From NCBI RefSeq assembly GCF_009914755.1, contig NC_060937.1: DNA of 64,000 nucleotides; one strand, given 5' to 3'. The position numbers and the translations under genes are program-made. The notes below the pieces were generated by a model. The model saw only the letters and a program-made list of their open reading frames with translations, made no database searches and was not told the origin of the DNA. Position 1 is the first letter of the stretch. Each line of letters starts with the position of its first letter. Positions 44,125-59,399 of this stretch are shown here, in pieces. The stretch is from the human T2T-CHM13v2.0 reference genome, Homo sapiens.

Positions 44125-44370
44125 CTAATATTTATTGAATTACTAGTAGAGGCCAGGCATGGTGCTGAGCACTTACTATGAATTATCCCATTTAAACCTC
44201 ACGGTAGCCCTAGGAGGGAAGTCCTGGTGCAATCCTCATTTTATAGATAAGGACGGTGAGGCTTAGAGGGCTTAACTCCCTGCACAGGAGCATCAGCTGG
44301 TAAGCAGTGAACAGGCCTCAAGCTCCAGTGCATTGGACACGAAAGCCCATGCTCTTAGACACTTGTGCTT
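44125..44370 (-). mobile_element. MIR SINE
   Basis: tttattgaattact...aatcctcattttatagataaggacggtgaggcttagag. Confidence 0.75.
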
Positions 44371-45461
44371 TACTTACCGCAGCACTGGGAGAAATGCCAT
44401 AGCTGGAGGCATCCCCGGTAACGCATTTAACACCAGGTAATCGCGTAGGCTACCCTTAAAATTATAATCTTTGCACACTAGTATTTCCACCCCATTGAGG
44501 ATTTCCATGTCCAGCCCTGTTTCCTGCCCTGGGGTCTGGGTGATGCCTCATCTGGTCCCAACTTGTTGCTGTTTTTCCTCCAACTCACCATTCTTTCTGG
44601 CCTCACGTCCCAAAACTCCTCAGTCCCTGCTTGTTCCACTTGACCATCAGTGACCTTGGCAAGGGGCAGAGCCAGCCAGCCGGCATGCTGGGGGCTTCGT
44701 GAACATAAATACATTTAATCCTGGCCTCTGCTCCATAAGGTTGCATTACCTTCATTTTCTAGTTAAAGGTCGCTTCTCTAAATGTCCACTCTGTCTTTGT
44801 TACTAAGTTAGAACAGTCTGCCTGCTGGCAGGAAGCCAGGGCTGCATGGAGAAACCGCAACCATGAGTGCAGCAATTCCCGTGAATGCTGTTCTGTTCTA
44901 GATGCATTCCAGGAGGAGACAGTTACCAATGAAATGGGATTCACACCTACAGTAGGGACACACACCCATTAGCCAGGACATCCAGCATCTGAAGGTTGGA
45001 CACTGTCCTGGAAGGGGTGTGGCTTTCCAATGCCGCTGTCTCAGACAGGCCTGCCCTTTGGGAACAGGCCACCTCCCACCTTTTGAGGACTCTGCAGGAA
45101 GGTATCTCCTTGCTTTGTTTCAAGTCAGCACATATTTATGGAAATGTGCCATATGCCTGGCATTGCATCAAGTGATAGGAATCTGTAGTTGAAGGCAGCC
45201 CAGCTGAGGTCTAGCCAGGGCAGTGGACAGACATTTTTATTAGCCATTGCCATCAACACACTCTTGGGCTATTGATAACTGCCTGAAAGCCTTGCTTCTT
45301 CTGTGTCTATGCCTAAAAGTTCCTGGGTGGAAACAATTCAAGGTGATCTCTTTTGTTCCTAGGAATCCGTTTGATGTATTTGGTTGTAATCAGGAGAAGC
45401 TGGGATGAGTTGATAAGGAAAATCATGCCTTTCCTGTTTAAAGTTAGGTTCTGTAGATTTA

Positions 45462-45848
<387 letters not shown>

Positions 45849-46769
45849 GAGGTGCCTTCCACATCCTGTGGAAAATATGCTTTGCATTTGACAACCTAAA
45901 AAAAAAAGGAATAAAATTTTGAACCTATTACCATCAAATGCATTTAGATTTATTATCTAGCAGCCATTTGGTCTCCTACTCACCTAAGAGCAAATAAGGT
46001 CACCCAGACTATGGGATAGAGGAATGAAGTTAGCAACAGGCTGTGGAAAGAGGCCCTCCAAGCTGTGAAGCTTATTAAATGATTGGGTCACGGGAGTTCA
46101 TTTTTTAGAACCCCACAGGGCAATTCTACATAGCGAAGAGTGGTCGCAAACTTAAAACTTTTGCCTGTGTTTAAACATTTTTCAGTCATTTTTTAAAAGC
46201 TCTTTCTAAAAGGGATGTTCAACATGGAGATGATGGTACCTTACAATTTATGTAACAAATATTCATTTGAGATAAAATTAAAAATCATTTTTTAATGCCA
46301 CTTTGCACAGGAAAAAAAGAATTAAAACTAGAAAATGACCACTGCAATCACAGGGAGCTATTATCTGGCCTTTCCACTGCCCGGGCCTTCTGGATGGCCC
46401 CCATGTAGTGTATTATATGAACCGGTGCCGTGGAGATCTGAAAACTCTGCAAGCCCAAATTAACCTGGAGGAGAGGAAGAAATGGGCTCTCTGCAAAACC
46501 ATTTCCTATTAAAGCCATTTCCTGTTTATGGGCAGTAGTGTTATTAGTTCTCACTTGGACAGCATTTTTTTTTCTTTGCAAAAACTCATAATTATAACCA
46601 TCCTCTTAAATCCATTTCCCCTTTCTTCCTTTGCCTCCATAAATCATTCTTGTATTTTTCTCCTCTCAGACCAAGAAGGTTATAACCTTGCAATTATATT
46701 CGCACACAGGATCAGTCATTATCCATTTGTTGAAATGCTTATCCTCTAGTTTAAGAATGCATAAAATGC

Positions 46770-47075
46770 GGCCAGGCGCAGTGGCTCACGCCTGTAATCC
46801 CAGCACTTTGGGAGGCTGAGGCAAGTGGATAGCTTGAGTCAAGGAGTTCAAGACCAGCTGAGGCAACACTGAGAAACCCTGTCTCTACAAGAAAATACAA
46901 AAATTAGCCAGGTGTGGTGGCGCACACCTATAGTCCCAGCATCGGTGGTGGGAGATGAGGTGGGAGGATCATGTGAGCCCAGGAGGTGGAGGCTACATTG
47001 AGCTATGATCACACCACTGCACTCCAGCCTTGGTGACAGAGGGAGACCCTGCCTCAAAAAAACACAAAAAAATCC
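46770..47075 (+). mobile_element. Alu (AluJ-like)
   Basis: Dimer; degenerate TSD aagaatgcataaaatg / aagagtacataaaatg. Confidence 0.93.
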
Positions 47076-47233
47076 CAAAAGAGTACATAAAATGGCCAAG
47101 TATTTATTACTAAAAAAGAGCTTTAAACTAATCAGGATTTTTATTCTGCTTTTCCTTATATTTCTTTGTTTCCTTTCTTCCAAAGCATATGGCAGAATAA
47201 CAATATTTTTATTCTTCAAAAGAGCATTACTGA

Positions 47234-47548
47234 GGCTGGGCACAGTGGCTCACGCCTGTAATCCCAGCACTTTGGGAGGCTGAGGTGGGAGGATTACTTG
47301 TGGTCAGCAGTTCTAGACCAGCCTGGCCAACATGGTGAAACCTTGTCTCTACTAAAAATACAAAAAGTAGCCAGTTGTGGTGGCGGGCACCTGTAATCCC
47401 AGCTACTCAGGAGGCTGAGGCAGGAAAATTGTTTGAACCTGGGCTGCACAGAGGTTGCAGAGAGTTGAGATTGCATCACTGCACTCCAGCCCCGGTGACA
47501 GGGTGAGACCCTGTCTCAAAATACACACACACACACACACACACACAC
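47234..47548 (+). mobile_element. Alu (AluS-like) with (AC)n tail
   Basis: Dimer; TSD cattactga; CA repeat at 47523-47548. Confidence 0.93.
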
Positions 47549-48282
47549 ATTACTGAGATTTGAACACCTGGACTGAGTCCTGGCTTGTCTCTTTCTAGCT
47601 GTGTTAGCTTAGATGAGTCACTGAACCCCTCCAAGCCTCTATTTCATCTAGTAAATCAGGGGGAAAATGCCTGCTTCACCCATCTTTGCAATATGCAGTG
47701 AAGGTTAAACAAATTAATATTGTGTGTTAAGAACCTTTATAAACTATGAAACTCATACAGATGCCAGGCATTGATATTGCTATGAATTCCTCATGTCACT
47801 GGGACATGAAGTGATTCTGCAAAAGCATGTTTGTCCTGTAATTGAAGCTTATCTCTTCAGGGGCCCATTTTGGAAGGAAATTATAATAAAAACTGGTACA
47901 CCTTTCCCTGTTAGCTTTAACAGACAATAGTGGATGTAATAGATACCCCTGCATCATCACAATACCCATAGAATTTTAGGATGCTAGGACAGAAAGGGGC
48001 TGAATACTGAAGGTGCCCAACCTCCTCGTTTGACGGATGAGAATGCTGGGCCCCTGAGAGGCCTGTGCCTTGCTGAAGCTCCCATGGCTGGTGTGGACGG
48101 AGCCTGGGCCAGAGGCTCCTGCCCCGCCTCTCCTGCCTGGCTTCTGCTTTGTCCTTCTCCCTCCTGTGACCACTCCCCTTCCTGGACTTTTCACTTTTTC
48201 CACCCACCCCTTCTAATCTCTCTTTATCGGGAAACTCTGACCTGCAGGATTCAGCGTACAGTAAATTCTTTAAGAAAGAAGG

Positions 48283-48795
<513 letters not shown>

Positions 48796-49329
48796 AAGAA
48801 GGGGTGAGATTTCAATGCAGCACTCCTGACATGGATTAGGGGATCTGGAGGCCTCTGTAGTCATCCAGTTTGGGGTCTGTGTTCTCAAAGTTTGGCTCAC
48901 AGGGAAGGAAAACATCAGTGCCCTTTAAAATGCCACCTTGATAAGAAATATTTATGTATTTTTTACATCCCATCCCAGACTCCTAATGCCCAAAATGCCC
49001 TTCACCTTAGTACAGCCAAATCTCAAATATCCTTTCACAAACTGTTTACAGACCCTCAGGGAGAAAAACACAACTATTAACCTACCCCACCGCACTGGGG
49101 GAGTTTAATAACTAGAGTCCATCCTGAGGCTCCATGCTTTTAATAACTCAATACTGTATAAAATACACCACAGCATGTGAACCAGGTGATACTATCACTA
49201 ATCATGAAAGGCTTATCAAAATTTAGCAGTCTTGAATTTTATATTTTTCATACTAACTGACAACCTCTAACATCCAGAAACGCCCTTCCTGAGGATTGTG
49301 ACCCAGAGGGGAATTCCACTGTAAGATTA

Positions 49330-49960
49330 CTGTCTGTCCTGCACCTCCCTCATCCCATCCATAAGCAAGTCAATTTGTCTTTGCCTCCCAAATGCATCCC
49401 CCATCAATCCATTCCTCCCCATGCAACAGCCTGAGTCCAAGTCATCACTGAATCTCACCACCTGGGCTCCAAACACATTCTCCTCACTGATTGCCTCGCT
49501 TCCATCCTTGCCTCCTACAGTCTGTTCTCCATGCAACTACCAGAGGGATTTAAAAGCTTCATTCGTTCCTGTTATCCCGTTTGATACTCTCTGGGGACTT
49601 TCCACTGTTACCTGAGCATAACCCTAACTCTTTTGAGGGGCCACAGGCCCTGCATGATAAGTCCCTACCTTCCTCTGGAACTTCACCTCCTTCTGCTCTC
49701 CTCCATGGGCACTCAGGCCCCACTGGTTGTCTTTCTCTCCGCAGTATGCTAGAATTTTTCCCATCTTAAGACCTTGGTACTTGCAGTTCCTTCTAACTGG
49801 GACTCCCTTTCCCCATCTCTCCACATTCTTCTCTGTCATTCAAGTCTGTTTGAATGGTGTCTTCTCCGAACAGCCTTCTTTATCCACCCCAGCTGAACTT
49901 GCCTTCCCCTTTCCCCGGTCTTTCCCTAGCCTTGCTTCTATTTCACTTTCTTTACTGCAC
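49330..49960 (-). mobile_element. L2 fragment
   Basis: Pyrimidine-rich L2 pattern (cagtctgttctccatgcaac...cagagggatttaaaa...gtacttgcagttccttct). Confidence 0.65.
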
Positions 49961-49997
49961 TTATCTAAAATTTTTACTATCTGAAATTTTGCTTCCT

Positions 49998-50303
49998 GGC
50001 GGGGCGGGGTGGCTCACACCTGTGATCATAACACTTTGGGAGGCTGAGGCGGGCAGCTCACTTGAGGTCAGGAGTTTGAGACCGGCCTGGCCAACATGGT
50101 GAAACCCCATCTCTACTAAAAATACACAAATTAGCTGGGCTTGGTGGCGCGTGCCTGTAATCCCAGCTACTCGGGAGGCTGAGGCAGGAGAATCGCTTGA
50201 ACCCAGAAGGCAGAGGATGTTGTGAGCCAAGATCACATCACTGCACTCCAGCAACAGAGCGAGACTCCATCTCAAAAATAATAATAATAATAATAAAATA
50301 AAA
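49998..50303 (+). mobile_element. Alu (AluS-like)
   Basis: Dimer; 16-bp TSD tgaaattttgcttcct. Confidence 0.95.
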
Positions 50304-50963
50304 TGAAATTTTGCTTCCTACATTTTTTGCTCATTTGTTTGCCCGCCATGACAGCATCTGTTCTCCACTATGCCAAGAACTATGCTTGTCACACAAGAGA
50401 TGACATAAAGTCAACGCCAGTTTATTGACTGTTGGCCTGCCTATCTGAACACAGATACAAAAATGAGGATAGCAACTGTCCTTGCCCACTGCTGCGGGAG
50501 ACAGACAGGTAAAGAGATGTGTTGCAGTTTACAACAGTGGTTGTTTTTAGGAAGCTATGGTGAGGCATTGTCCTCCCTCCCACTATTACCACACGGGTGC
50601 ATCATGGAGGCCCCCACTGGAGGCGTGGACAAGAGGAGAGGCTTCAGCTTATGCTCCAGCCTCTGCTCTGCAGGCCCAGCCCCCCCCGACACATTGATCT
50701 TAGGTCACTTAGTTCCTCTTTCTGAGCCCCTGCCTGCTCTTTGCAAATGGATTAGGCTACTTACGGGACCCCTAGTAGGCTTACTGTGGGTAACGGTATG
50801 AGGCAGGTGCTTGGCACCCAGGAAGCACTCGCAGATGCCACCTGTGATTTTCACAGCGCCAGCTCCCTTTTGGTCACCAGGCCCGAGAGATGCTGCAGGG
50901 ACCTGCAGAGATGACAAGAGTCCCAGTGACTCCTGTTCTTTCACTCTTGGTCCATGAACTTTC

Positions 50964-51331
<368 letters not shown>

Positions 51332-51455
51332 TAATTAGAGAGAGTAGGGCTCTACAGGGTAGTGTGTCCGGGATCCCAGGCAGCTGTGTTTCATGCAACC
51401 CACCCTGACCACCTTGCGGATGTTCCTGTGACCTAACGGGTTTGGACAAAGACAT

Positions 51456-51504
51456 TTGCCACCAGGGGGCATTTTTCAGGCAGCATAGCTCCGCCTGGTG
51501 GTCA
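51456..51504. promoter_or_regulatory. Two CTCF-like motifs on opposite strands
   Basis: + strand ttgCCACCAGGGGGCattt (51456-51474); - strand tgaCCACCAGGCGGAgcta (51486-51504). Motif match only. Confidence 0.6.
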
Positions 51505-54037
51505 CAGGTTTGTTACAAGGATCTGTGCCACCAAAAAAGAAAAACTACACTGCATAAAGATGCTCATAATATCTAATCCCATGTAATTTTACACCTAGGA
51601 ATGTATCCTAAATGAAAAAAGCAAAATGATATATGGGTGAACATGTTTGTTGCATTTGTCTATAATGGCAAATCTTGGAAACAAACTAATTGTGCAATAA
51701 TGAGAGAATATAAATTGTGTTACACGAACATGAGAATATAAAGTAGCCATAAAATGTTAGGTAGGAAGACATGGGAAATTCCTAACAGGATATTAAGAAT
51801 TCACGCCACTGAAATGCTATGAAGGGATTACACAATTTAAATTTTCATTTTCTTTGTGTAGTGACATTAAGGGTAATTTTTTAAATTAAATTTTGTCCTT
51901 GACAGTTATTTTGTCTTTTCAATTACTCCCAATCTCTTGAAGAAACAACTTAATCTTTTATCTAACTGTGGTATTGTCTTTCATCAGTATGTAATGATAG
52001 TGACTATTATAGTGACCTAAATATGTATAATGTGCATGTAAATATGTAAATAATATATACTATATGTGTGTATATATAATGGTAACATGTATATATATTA
52101 TATATACACACAAAGTATTGGTTCATCATTTATTTTATAGCTATTATAAAGCATTTGCTATGACCTAAAAGGCCACATAATATTCTTATTTAAGATTTTA
52201 TTACGAGCTGTAGAGCCAGATAGTTCTCTTTTGTTTCAGTCTAGTTCCGTAACCACCTATTTTGGCTGCCTCTTTGGAAAACCAATGTAAAGTTACAATT
52301 ATGCAGAATACACTTGGGACAGTCGTTGAGAGCAAATTGATCTTACTCGCTGAGTGTTCTCCTACTCAATTTATGAACTGTGGTTGAAATTAAGCTTGTC
52401 TTATAAATGGTTCCAACAGCAATTTTACTCTGCTGTTGTTTCAAGGATCACACTACATCTTACTGGTTTACACTAAGAAGTTGGTAGATTGATATCTTTA
52501 TATATTATATATGTCGGAGGATGTTCAGAATGCAGTTTTAATAATATTTTAGGTATTTTTATATCAGATGTGTGTGTATTATTCATTGTCAATAATCATC
52601 AGTTATTTAAAACTGTACAACAGATTATAATCCTACTTTTGCTTTTCAAATCTATGCTTATAAATTAGAAATGATATATTCTCTTGGCCAATCATAATCT
52701 GATTATTTGAAAATTTATTTTCTCAGCTCCCTAGATTGTAGGGGTTTATGATAGTGGTGTCTGCCTTTCACTCTAAAGGATTAAATGTTTTTACGTGAGT
52801 AGAAATAATGAAAGTGAAACTCCAGGTGTTGTCTAATGCTATTAAATTAGCTTACATTAATCTCTGTCTGAAAAGTGCCCAAATAGATAGACTTCTGAAG
52901 GTTTACTAGAGGCAACAGGATATTTATTTCTTTAGGGACTCCATTATTGGAGCCATTTCCCCTGGTGCCAGCTGCTCTTATTATCCAATATTTTCTACAG
53001 GCCTAGGGCTTACAACAGAGAGCCATTGGAAGAATGTAAGCATCACCTCTCATTTTATAATAGCAATTGGGAATTTGGGGATTGGAGCTATATGTGCAAA
53101 AAGTGATTACTTTGCCACTTTATAGACAGCAAAACTGAGGTGTACCCAGTTTGTGATTTATTTAAGACAACAGTGCAGTTCAGGGACAGCCCTAGAATGA
53201 AACCCAATCATTTCTGAGCCTCTAGTAGAGTGCCTGGTCCATGAATCGTCCTATCACTGACATGGATAAAACTAAGTGAAATTGAACTTTTACCAGAACT
53301 TTTGAAAACCCAGACTTCTCTTTAATTATGACAATAATTTTAAAAATCTTTTTACTTCTAAGTCATGCAAACAATAAACAGGGATTTAATGAAATATATA
53401 TCATGACAGGAATTCAACATACAGTGAATCCCTGTACCTTGGCACCCAACCTCCCAAAGGAGAAAGAGTAGAAATATAGATACACTTTTTATCACAAATG
53501 TAATTTTACAATTACACTGTTTTGCTTGTTGCCTTTTCTTGGTTTAACAATATATTACGGAGGTCATTCCATGATACTACAAAAAGATTTGCCTTATTTT
53601 TTTTACTGGTTATCTATATCCCATTGGCACAGGATTCAACCTACTCATCATAATTTGAGTAGCCCCCTACTAGTTCCCTAAGGCAAATTATGCTATAGTG
53701 GTTGTCCTTGACTCAGATTTTTGTGCACTTGTGAAATTATTGTATTAAAAGATATGTGTCATTTAATTTTTTCATCAATGTGAATAAGTTGTTTTTATTC
53801 ATTTATATGTGTTCTGTCTGTTTTATTCCACCTACACAAGCCAACTTATTGCCTTGATCTTCTGGAGTTAAAGCTACTGATCTTGGCACGTGATAAATAA
53901 TTTTTTCCCATGCAAAACAGTACTTTCTAAAAACAAAATAAATGATTAGCATTTTTCTTATTATTTTCATTTGAGTTTTATGTGCTCAATGTATCTCTAG
54001 CTAAGAAGTGGTAAGAATGATTCCTAGGTTCCATGTA

Positions 54038-55236
54038 CAGCCATGCACCACATAACAACATTGCAGTCAACAACAGACCTCATGTACAAAGGTGGTCCCA
54101 CAAGATTATAATGCAGCTGAAAAATTTCTATCACCCGGTGACGTCAGAGCCTCATAGCACAATGCATTACTCACATCTTTGTGGTGATGCTGGTATAAAC
54201 AAACCTAATGTGCTGCCAATCGTATAAAAGTCTAGCACATATAATTATGTTTAGTACATAATACTTGATAATATAAATGACTTTGTTACTGGTTTATGTA
54301 TTTACTATGCTATATTTTTATAATTATTTTAGAGGGTGCTCCTTCTATTTATTATAAAACAAAATTTACTGCAAAACATCCTCAGGCAGGTCCTTCAGGA
54401 GGTACTGCCGAAGAAGGCATTGTTTTCCTAGGAGATGACAGCTCCATGGATGTTACTGCCCCTGAAGACCTTCCAGTGGGACAAGATGTGGAGTTGGAAG
54501 ATGGAGATATTGATGGTCCTGAGCCTGTGTAGGCTTACGCTAATATATGCATTTGTGTCTTAGTTTTTAACAAAAAAGCTTAAAAAGTAAAAAAGTAAAT
54601 AAAAATTTTAAAAATAGAAAAAAGCTTTTAGAATAATGATATAAAGAAAAACCATGTTTGAACAGCTTTACAGTGTATGTGCATTTTAGGCTAAGTGTTA
54701 TTACAAAAGAGTCAAAAAGTTTGAAAAAATCAAAAAGTTTGTCAAGTAAAACGGTTATGGTAAGCTGAAGTTAACTTATCTTGAGCACAGAAAATTTTTT
54801 TTAAATAAATTTAGTGTAGCCTAAGTGTATGGTGTTTCTAAAGTCTATAGTAGTGTACAGTCATGTCGTAGGCCCTCACATTCACTCATCATTCACTGAC
54901 TTACCCAGAGGAGCCTCCAGTCCTGCAGGCTTCATTCATGGTAAGTACCCCGTGCAGGTGTACCGTTTTTTATCTTTTATACCGTATTTTAACTGTACCT
55001 TGTTAATGTGTAGATATGATTAGATTCACAAATACTTAGCATTGTGTTATAACTTCCTACAGTATTCAGTACAGTAACATGCTCTACAGGTTTGTAGCCT
55101 AGGAACAGTAGGCTACACCATATGGCCTCGGTGGGTAGTAGGCTATGCCTACACTCCATGATGTTTGCACAATGATGAAATTTCCTAATAAAGCATTTGT
55201 CAGAACGTATCCCCATCATTAAGCAATGCATGACTG
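54038..55236. mobile_element. Near full-length Tigger3b (Golem-derived) non-autonomous DNA transposon
   Basis: TA then cagccatgcaccacataac...; ends ...attaagcaatgcatgactg (inverted termini); about 1.2 kb. ORFs 54033, 54296 and 54829 lie inside it. Confidence 0.88.
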
Positions 55237-56929
55237 GATATCCATATATGTATATATGTATGTGTGTTTGTATATACAACAGTGTTGTGGTAGGGTTTTC
55301 ATTGTTGTTTTATTTTGCCAGCATTTATCTTCACCATTGTTATCTAGAGTTTTAAAATCAGAATATGAACTTTCCTTCTATAAAAACATCTAAATTTATC
55401 CTCTGAGATATATTCCATGTTATGTTAGTTTTTTAAAAATGTTCTTCCTCTCTTTTGGTAAAAATTTTATTGAGATATAATTCACATACCATACAACCCA
55501 CCCATTTAAAGTATACAATGTGGTGGTTTTCAGTATATTCCGAGTTGTGGAAAACTGTCACCACAATCCGTTTTAGAACATTTTCATCACCCCTGAAAGA
55601 AACCCAGATTCTTTATCTCCCACCCATAATGCTGCCATTCCTGTCATTTCAATTTTGAAAGATATCTTTTCCCTCCCAGGCAGCTGGATCAGTTATATTT
55701 CACCTGGAGTCCATCGAGTGACAGTTTCCTTATACTCTTCCTGTATTATCAGAACATTTCATCTTTATCAGCCTTGCAGGTGAAAAATGATTGCCTGCTT
55801 CCATCTGCAAGGGCACTGACCGTCTTTTCATGTTCTTGGCCGTTTGTGTCGCCTCTCAGTGAGCTTCTTGGTAAACCTAAATACAAGCAAACACATCGAT
55901 GTCACTGCTTTAGTTATCCCATCCACAGGTACATGATACGTGAGGCAAAAGCCACTATGAAGCTACTGCACATTGAATTTTAGAGGAAAGAGCACTTTGC
56001 AGACAGGCCCCGTGCACTGGGAAGTCCACATGGAGCTTGTTCCCTGGGCTGCCCTAGTGAGCAGCAGGAGCCTGTGTTTTTGTCTGTAGGGTGACTTTGT
56101 GCTTTCTCTCAATGTAGATAAAATTCTTGCTTCTCTACTTGAATTAATTTGACTTTGTGTCAATCTGTCAATCACCGTTTTTTAATTGACATTCTATGGT
56201 CTTTGTTCTATTCTCTCAACACCCAGTCATCTCAGGATAAACCTATCTTTATATATCTACCTCTTACCTCTTCTGTGATTCCTAAGAGCTTTGTTCGCTA
56301 GCTCAACTCCCTGGTGGAATCCTGATTACTTTTTCTTAGTTGGAGGGTCTTTAGGGAGAGCTGGAGCTCAAGTAAGCTGGGGTCACAGAACTCCTGGGAA
56401 CAGGCATGTCCTCACCCCTGCCACCACACCTGAGCCACATTGCCTATCAGTCATTGTTCATTAAGTTCCTTGTGTGGGGACTGTAGCCTCCAGTGATCAG
56501 AGGAAGGGGAGGACCCTGGGGGTCCCCTGCCACAACCTCAGTACAAGGTACCACAAAGTCTCTGACCAAGTCTGCCTTTCATACTAATAATTATTAGCAG
56601 ACAAGCAAAATGTCAGCTTCCTACCTGTGCTCTGAAGCTTGGTGCATTCCATCTCTTTGTTCCTTAGAAATACCTCACCTAAAAGATCTACTTGCAGCAG
56701 ATGTGACAATTATATATATATATAATTGGTCCATTTTGGGTATCAAATTGGACCATTTTTAACACCTTGTCTTCTATACCACAAAATTATTTTCAGCATC
56801 ACCATGTAATAATCAGTAATACACATTATTTTCCTGACTCACTACATAAATAATTTAAAAAGAAGAAATTTCCATTTTCACGATAATATTTAAATTTATT
56901 AATTGAGAAGAATTCAGTGCTACTTCTGT

Positions 56930-57415
56930 AATATTCCTGCCAAACAGGCGTAAGCTCAATGGGATAAGAAGAAAACATCAGATGCACTAAATTCAGAAAC
57001 ATTCTACAAGATTCCTGGCCAGTTATCTTTAAAATAGTGTCCAGGTTCTAAAAGTCAAGGAAAGACTGAGGAACTGTCCCAGCCTGAAGGAGACTAAGGA
57101 GACAGGAGCCTCCTTTGGTGCAACTTGTGATTCAGGGCTGGATTCCTTTTCTAGAAAGGACGTCATCGGAGTAACTCGTGAAACTGAAGTAGGTCTGAGC
57201 ACTGGGCAGCACTATTGTAGCAATGTTTCTTTCCTGATTTTCATGACAGTGCGGTGGTTAAGTTGGGGAAAGCCCTTATTTGTAGGGAATGTACATGGGG
57301 AGATATGAGGTTCATGTTCAGCAGGTCAGCATCTTACTCTCAAATGGTTCCAATTATACAATAATGTCCTTGTACTGTACTTCTATGTTTTCTCTGTGTG
57401 ATTTAAAAAATAAAA
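56930..57415 (+). mobile_element. L1MC/MD-like 3' fragment
   Basis: aagtcaaggaaagactgaggaactgtcccagcctgaaggagactaaggagaca...cttactctcaaatggttc. Confidence 0.65.
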
Positions 57416-59086
57416 AGCCCTCAAGAGTTCAAAAACCTGAAAGGTAAGTCACTGTAGCAATTGTTCAGAACTTAGAGCAACAAAAGCCTTTTTTGAGGAG
57501 GAGTCTTTTTCCATCAATATTGTTTAGAATTATTGGTGCACGGCGCTAATCAAAAGCCAGGGTCTTTTAAAGTCAGTTTGTTTTTCGCTTGTAAATTCTC
57601 TACCTACAGCGCATCTCCTTACTGCCTACACATGGAATGGAACAGCTCCAACCACCCTGCCCTCGGTGGGCCCTGATTGCATTGGGAGATCAGAGTCCTC
57701 CATTAAATGATGGGATGTGGGACACTGGCCCAATGGAAGCCCTCGGGTAGGATAGGAAGACCACTGGGGACAGTGTTAGGCTGCTGGGCTGTGTGAAGGA
57801 TGTTAGGACACACCCTTCACACAAGGGCAAGGTGCCTGTGTAATATCTAGCGAATCCATCACTTATTTCACCAGAAGAAGAAAACGTTAACATCCCTTAT
57901 GCTAATTAAACTTTTCAGAGCCAAATGTGGCAAAGAAGCCCTTTAATTAGCTGCCTCTATAGCGTGGGACTTCTGATTAGGGTGTTTCAAATGCTATCTA
58001 GCAACCTTGGATGCATATTCCTGTCATCAGTAACCACCACTAGGGTGTGGATTACAGCTAATCAGCACCTGTACCTGCTCAACTCTATTTTAACGTAAAT
58101 GCCAATGTCTCCCCAGTTCGTAGCACAGAGCAGCGAGCATGGTAGACCTTTGTAGAATGTAAATGATGTGTCTGTGTAGCTCGGCATTTGCATTTGGGTG
58201 TGTGTGGAATCGGTTCCATTTGACCTAGATGTAGTCGATTGTCAAGGTCTTGGAAGCAGGTGTGCAGCTCAGGGAGAGGTCTTTAGAATGGAAGCACTTG
58301 GCTTTTGCCCACAGCACAGGGGAGGCACAGACACTAAGACAGAGCAGGCTTGGAGAGTGAGCTCAGGCAGGAGCGATGGTGGCCGCTGTCATTGCCTCAT
58401 GCCCTGTTGTCAGCTGGCACACCTGAAGCAAACCATGAATCTGTGATTAGGGGTGGAGTGTCTATGCAAAAGAGATACCGAGTAGAAAACTTCAGGGTAC
58501 CTGAAAGGAAACCCCCACACCTGCTCTGAGATCATCCTGTTTGGCATTTTAGCTAGAAGAGAATAGCCTTAGGCGCCAGGCCCTATTCCTATCTCCAGCT
58601 TCCATAGTGTGCAGCTCTCAAGTCTTGATGGACGTAAGAGTCACCCAGGGGTTTTGCTAAAAGTTGAGATCCTGAATTCCTGCCTCATGGGCTCTGATTC
58701 ACCCAGGGCGTATTTCAGAGTCTACATTTTTACCAAACGCCCAATATTTTTTATGTCTGTGGACCACGGACCTTGTGACAACCTGCCCTAGAGGCCTTGC
58801 AATCAGAAAGCCCAGATTTGCCTTCCCAGCTCCTTCTCCAGCCGCTGGATGACCTTGGGCAAGTCTCCAGACCTCCATGAGGCTGCAGCTTCTCAACATC
58901 CAGGGTCTGTTGTGAGGATCTAATGGGTGGAAAGGAAAGCACTTTACAAACTGTGTAGCCCTGCAGAAGTCAGAGGACCTCGCCCTGTTTATTACGCCAG
59001 CCTTGATGATCTGACCATGGAGGCTGAGTCCTTCCCATGCCTCCTACGGCCATTTTTTAAAGAAAGATCTTGTGCTTTGCGCCCAG

Positions 59087-59301
59087 CCTTCCATACAGCA
59101 AAGTGCGAGAAACTACAAAAGGAGAAGGAGGAGCTGGAGAGGCGGTTCGAGGACGAGGTGAAGAGGCTGGGCTGGCAGCAGCAGGCCGAGCTCCAGGAGC
59201 TGGAGGAGCGGCTGCAGCTGCAATTCGAGGCGGAAATGGCGCGCCTGCAGGAGGAGCACGGTGACCAGCTGCTGAGCATCCGGTGTCAACACCAGGAGCA
59301 G
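59087..59301 (+). CDS. MTUS2: MTUS2 coiled-coil exon ([72 protein letters not shown])
   Basis: Acceptor gcccag|CC completes G|CC (Ala); donor CAG|GTCAGT. 215 nt, phase 1 to 0. E/Q/L-rich heptad pattern, high GC3, CpG-rich. Lies within ORF 58927-59340. Confidence 0.96.
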
Positions 59302-59399
59302 GTCAGTCTGCAGTGCGGCTCGAGCTCTGCTGTTGGGTGATGCAGGTGGCGGGCGGCGGGGATCCAGTGCCACATTAGCAAGAAGTCCTATTCAGTAGG

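Noticed and set aside
54296-54532. Acidic ORF (PEDLPVGQDVELEDGDIDGPEPV)
   Set aside because: Internal remnant of the Tigger3 element, most likely the transposase C-terminus; no catalytic domain or splice support.
58992-59373. Minus-strand ORFs (S/C-rich 95 aa, L-rich 86 aa) and alternative-frame ORF 59070-59264
   Set aside because: They are shadows of the GAG/CAG/CTG-rich MTUS2 exon, with no independent gene signals.
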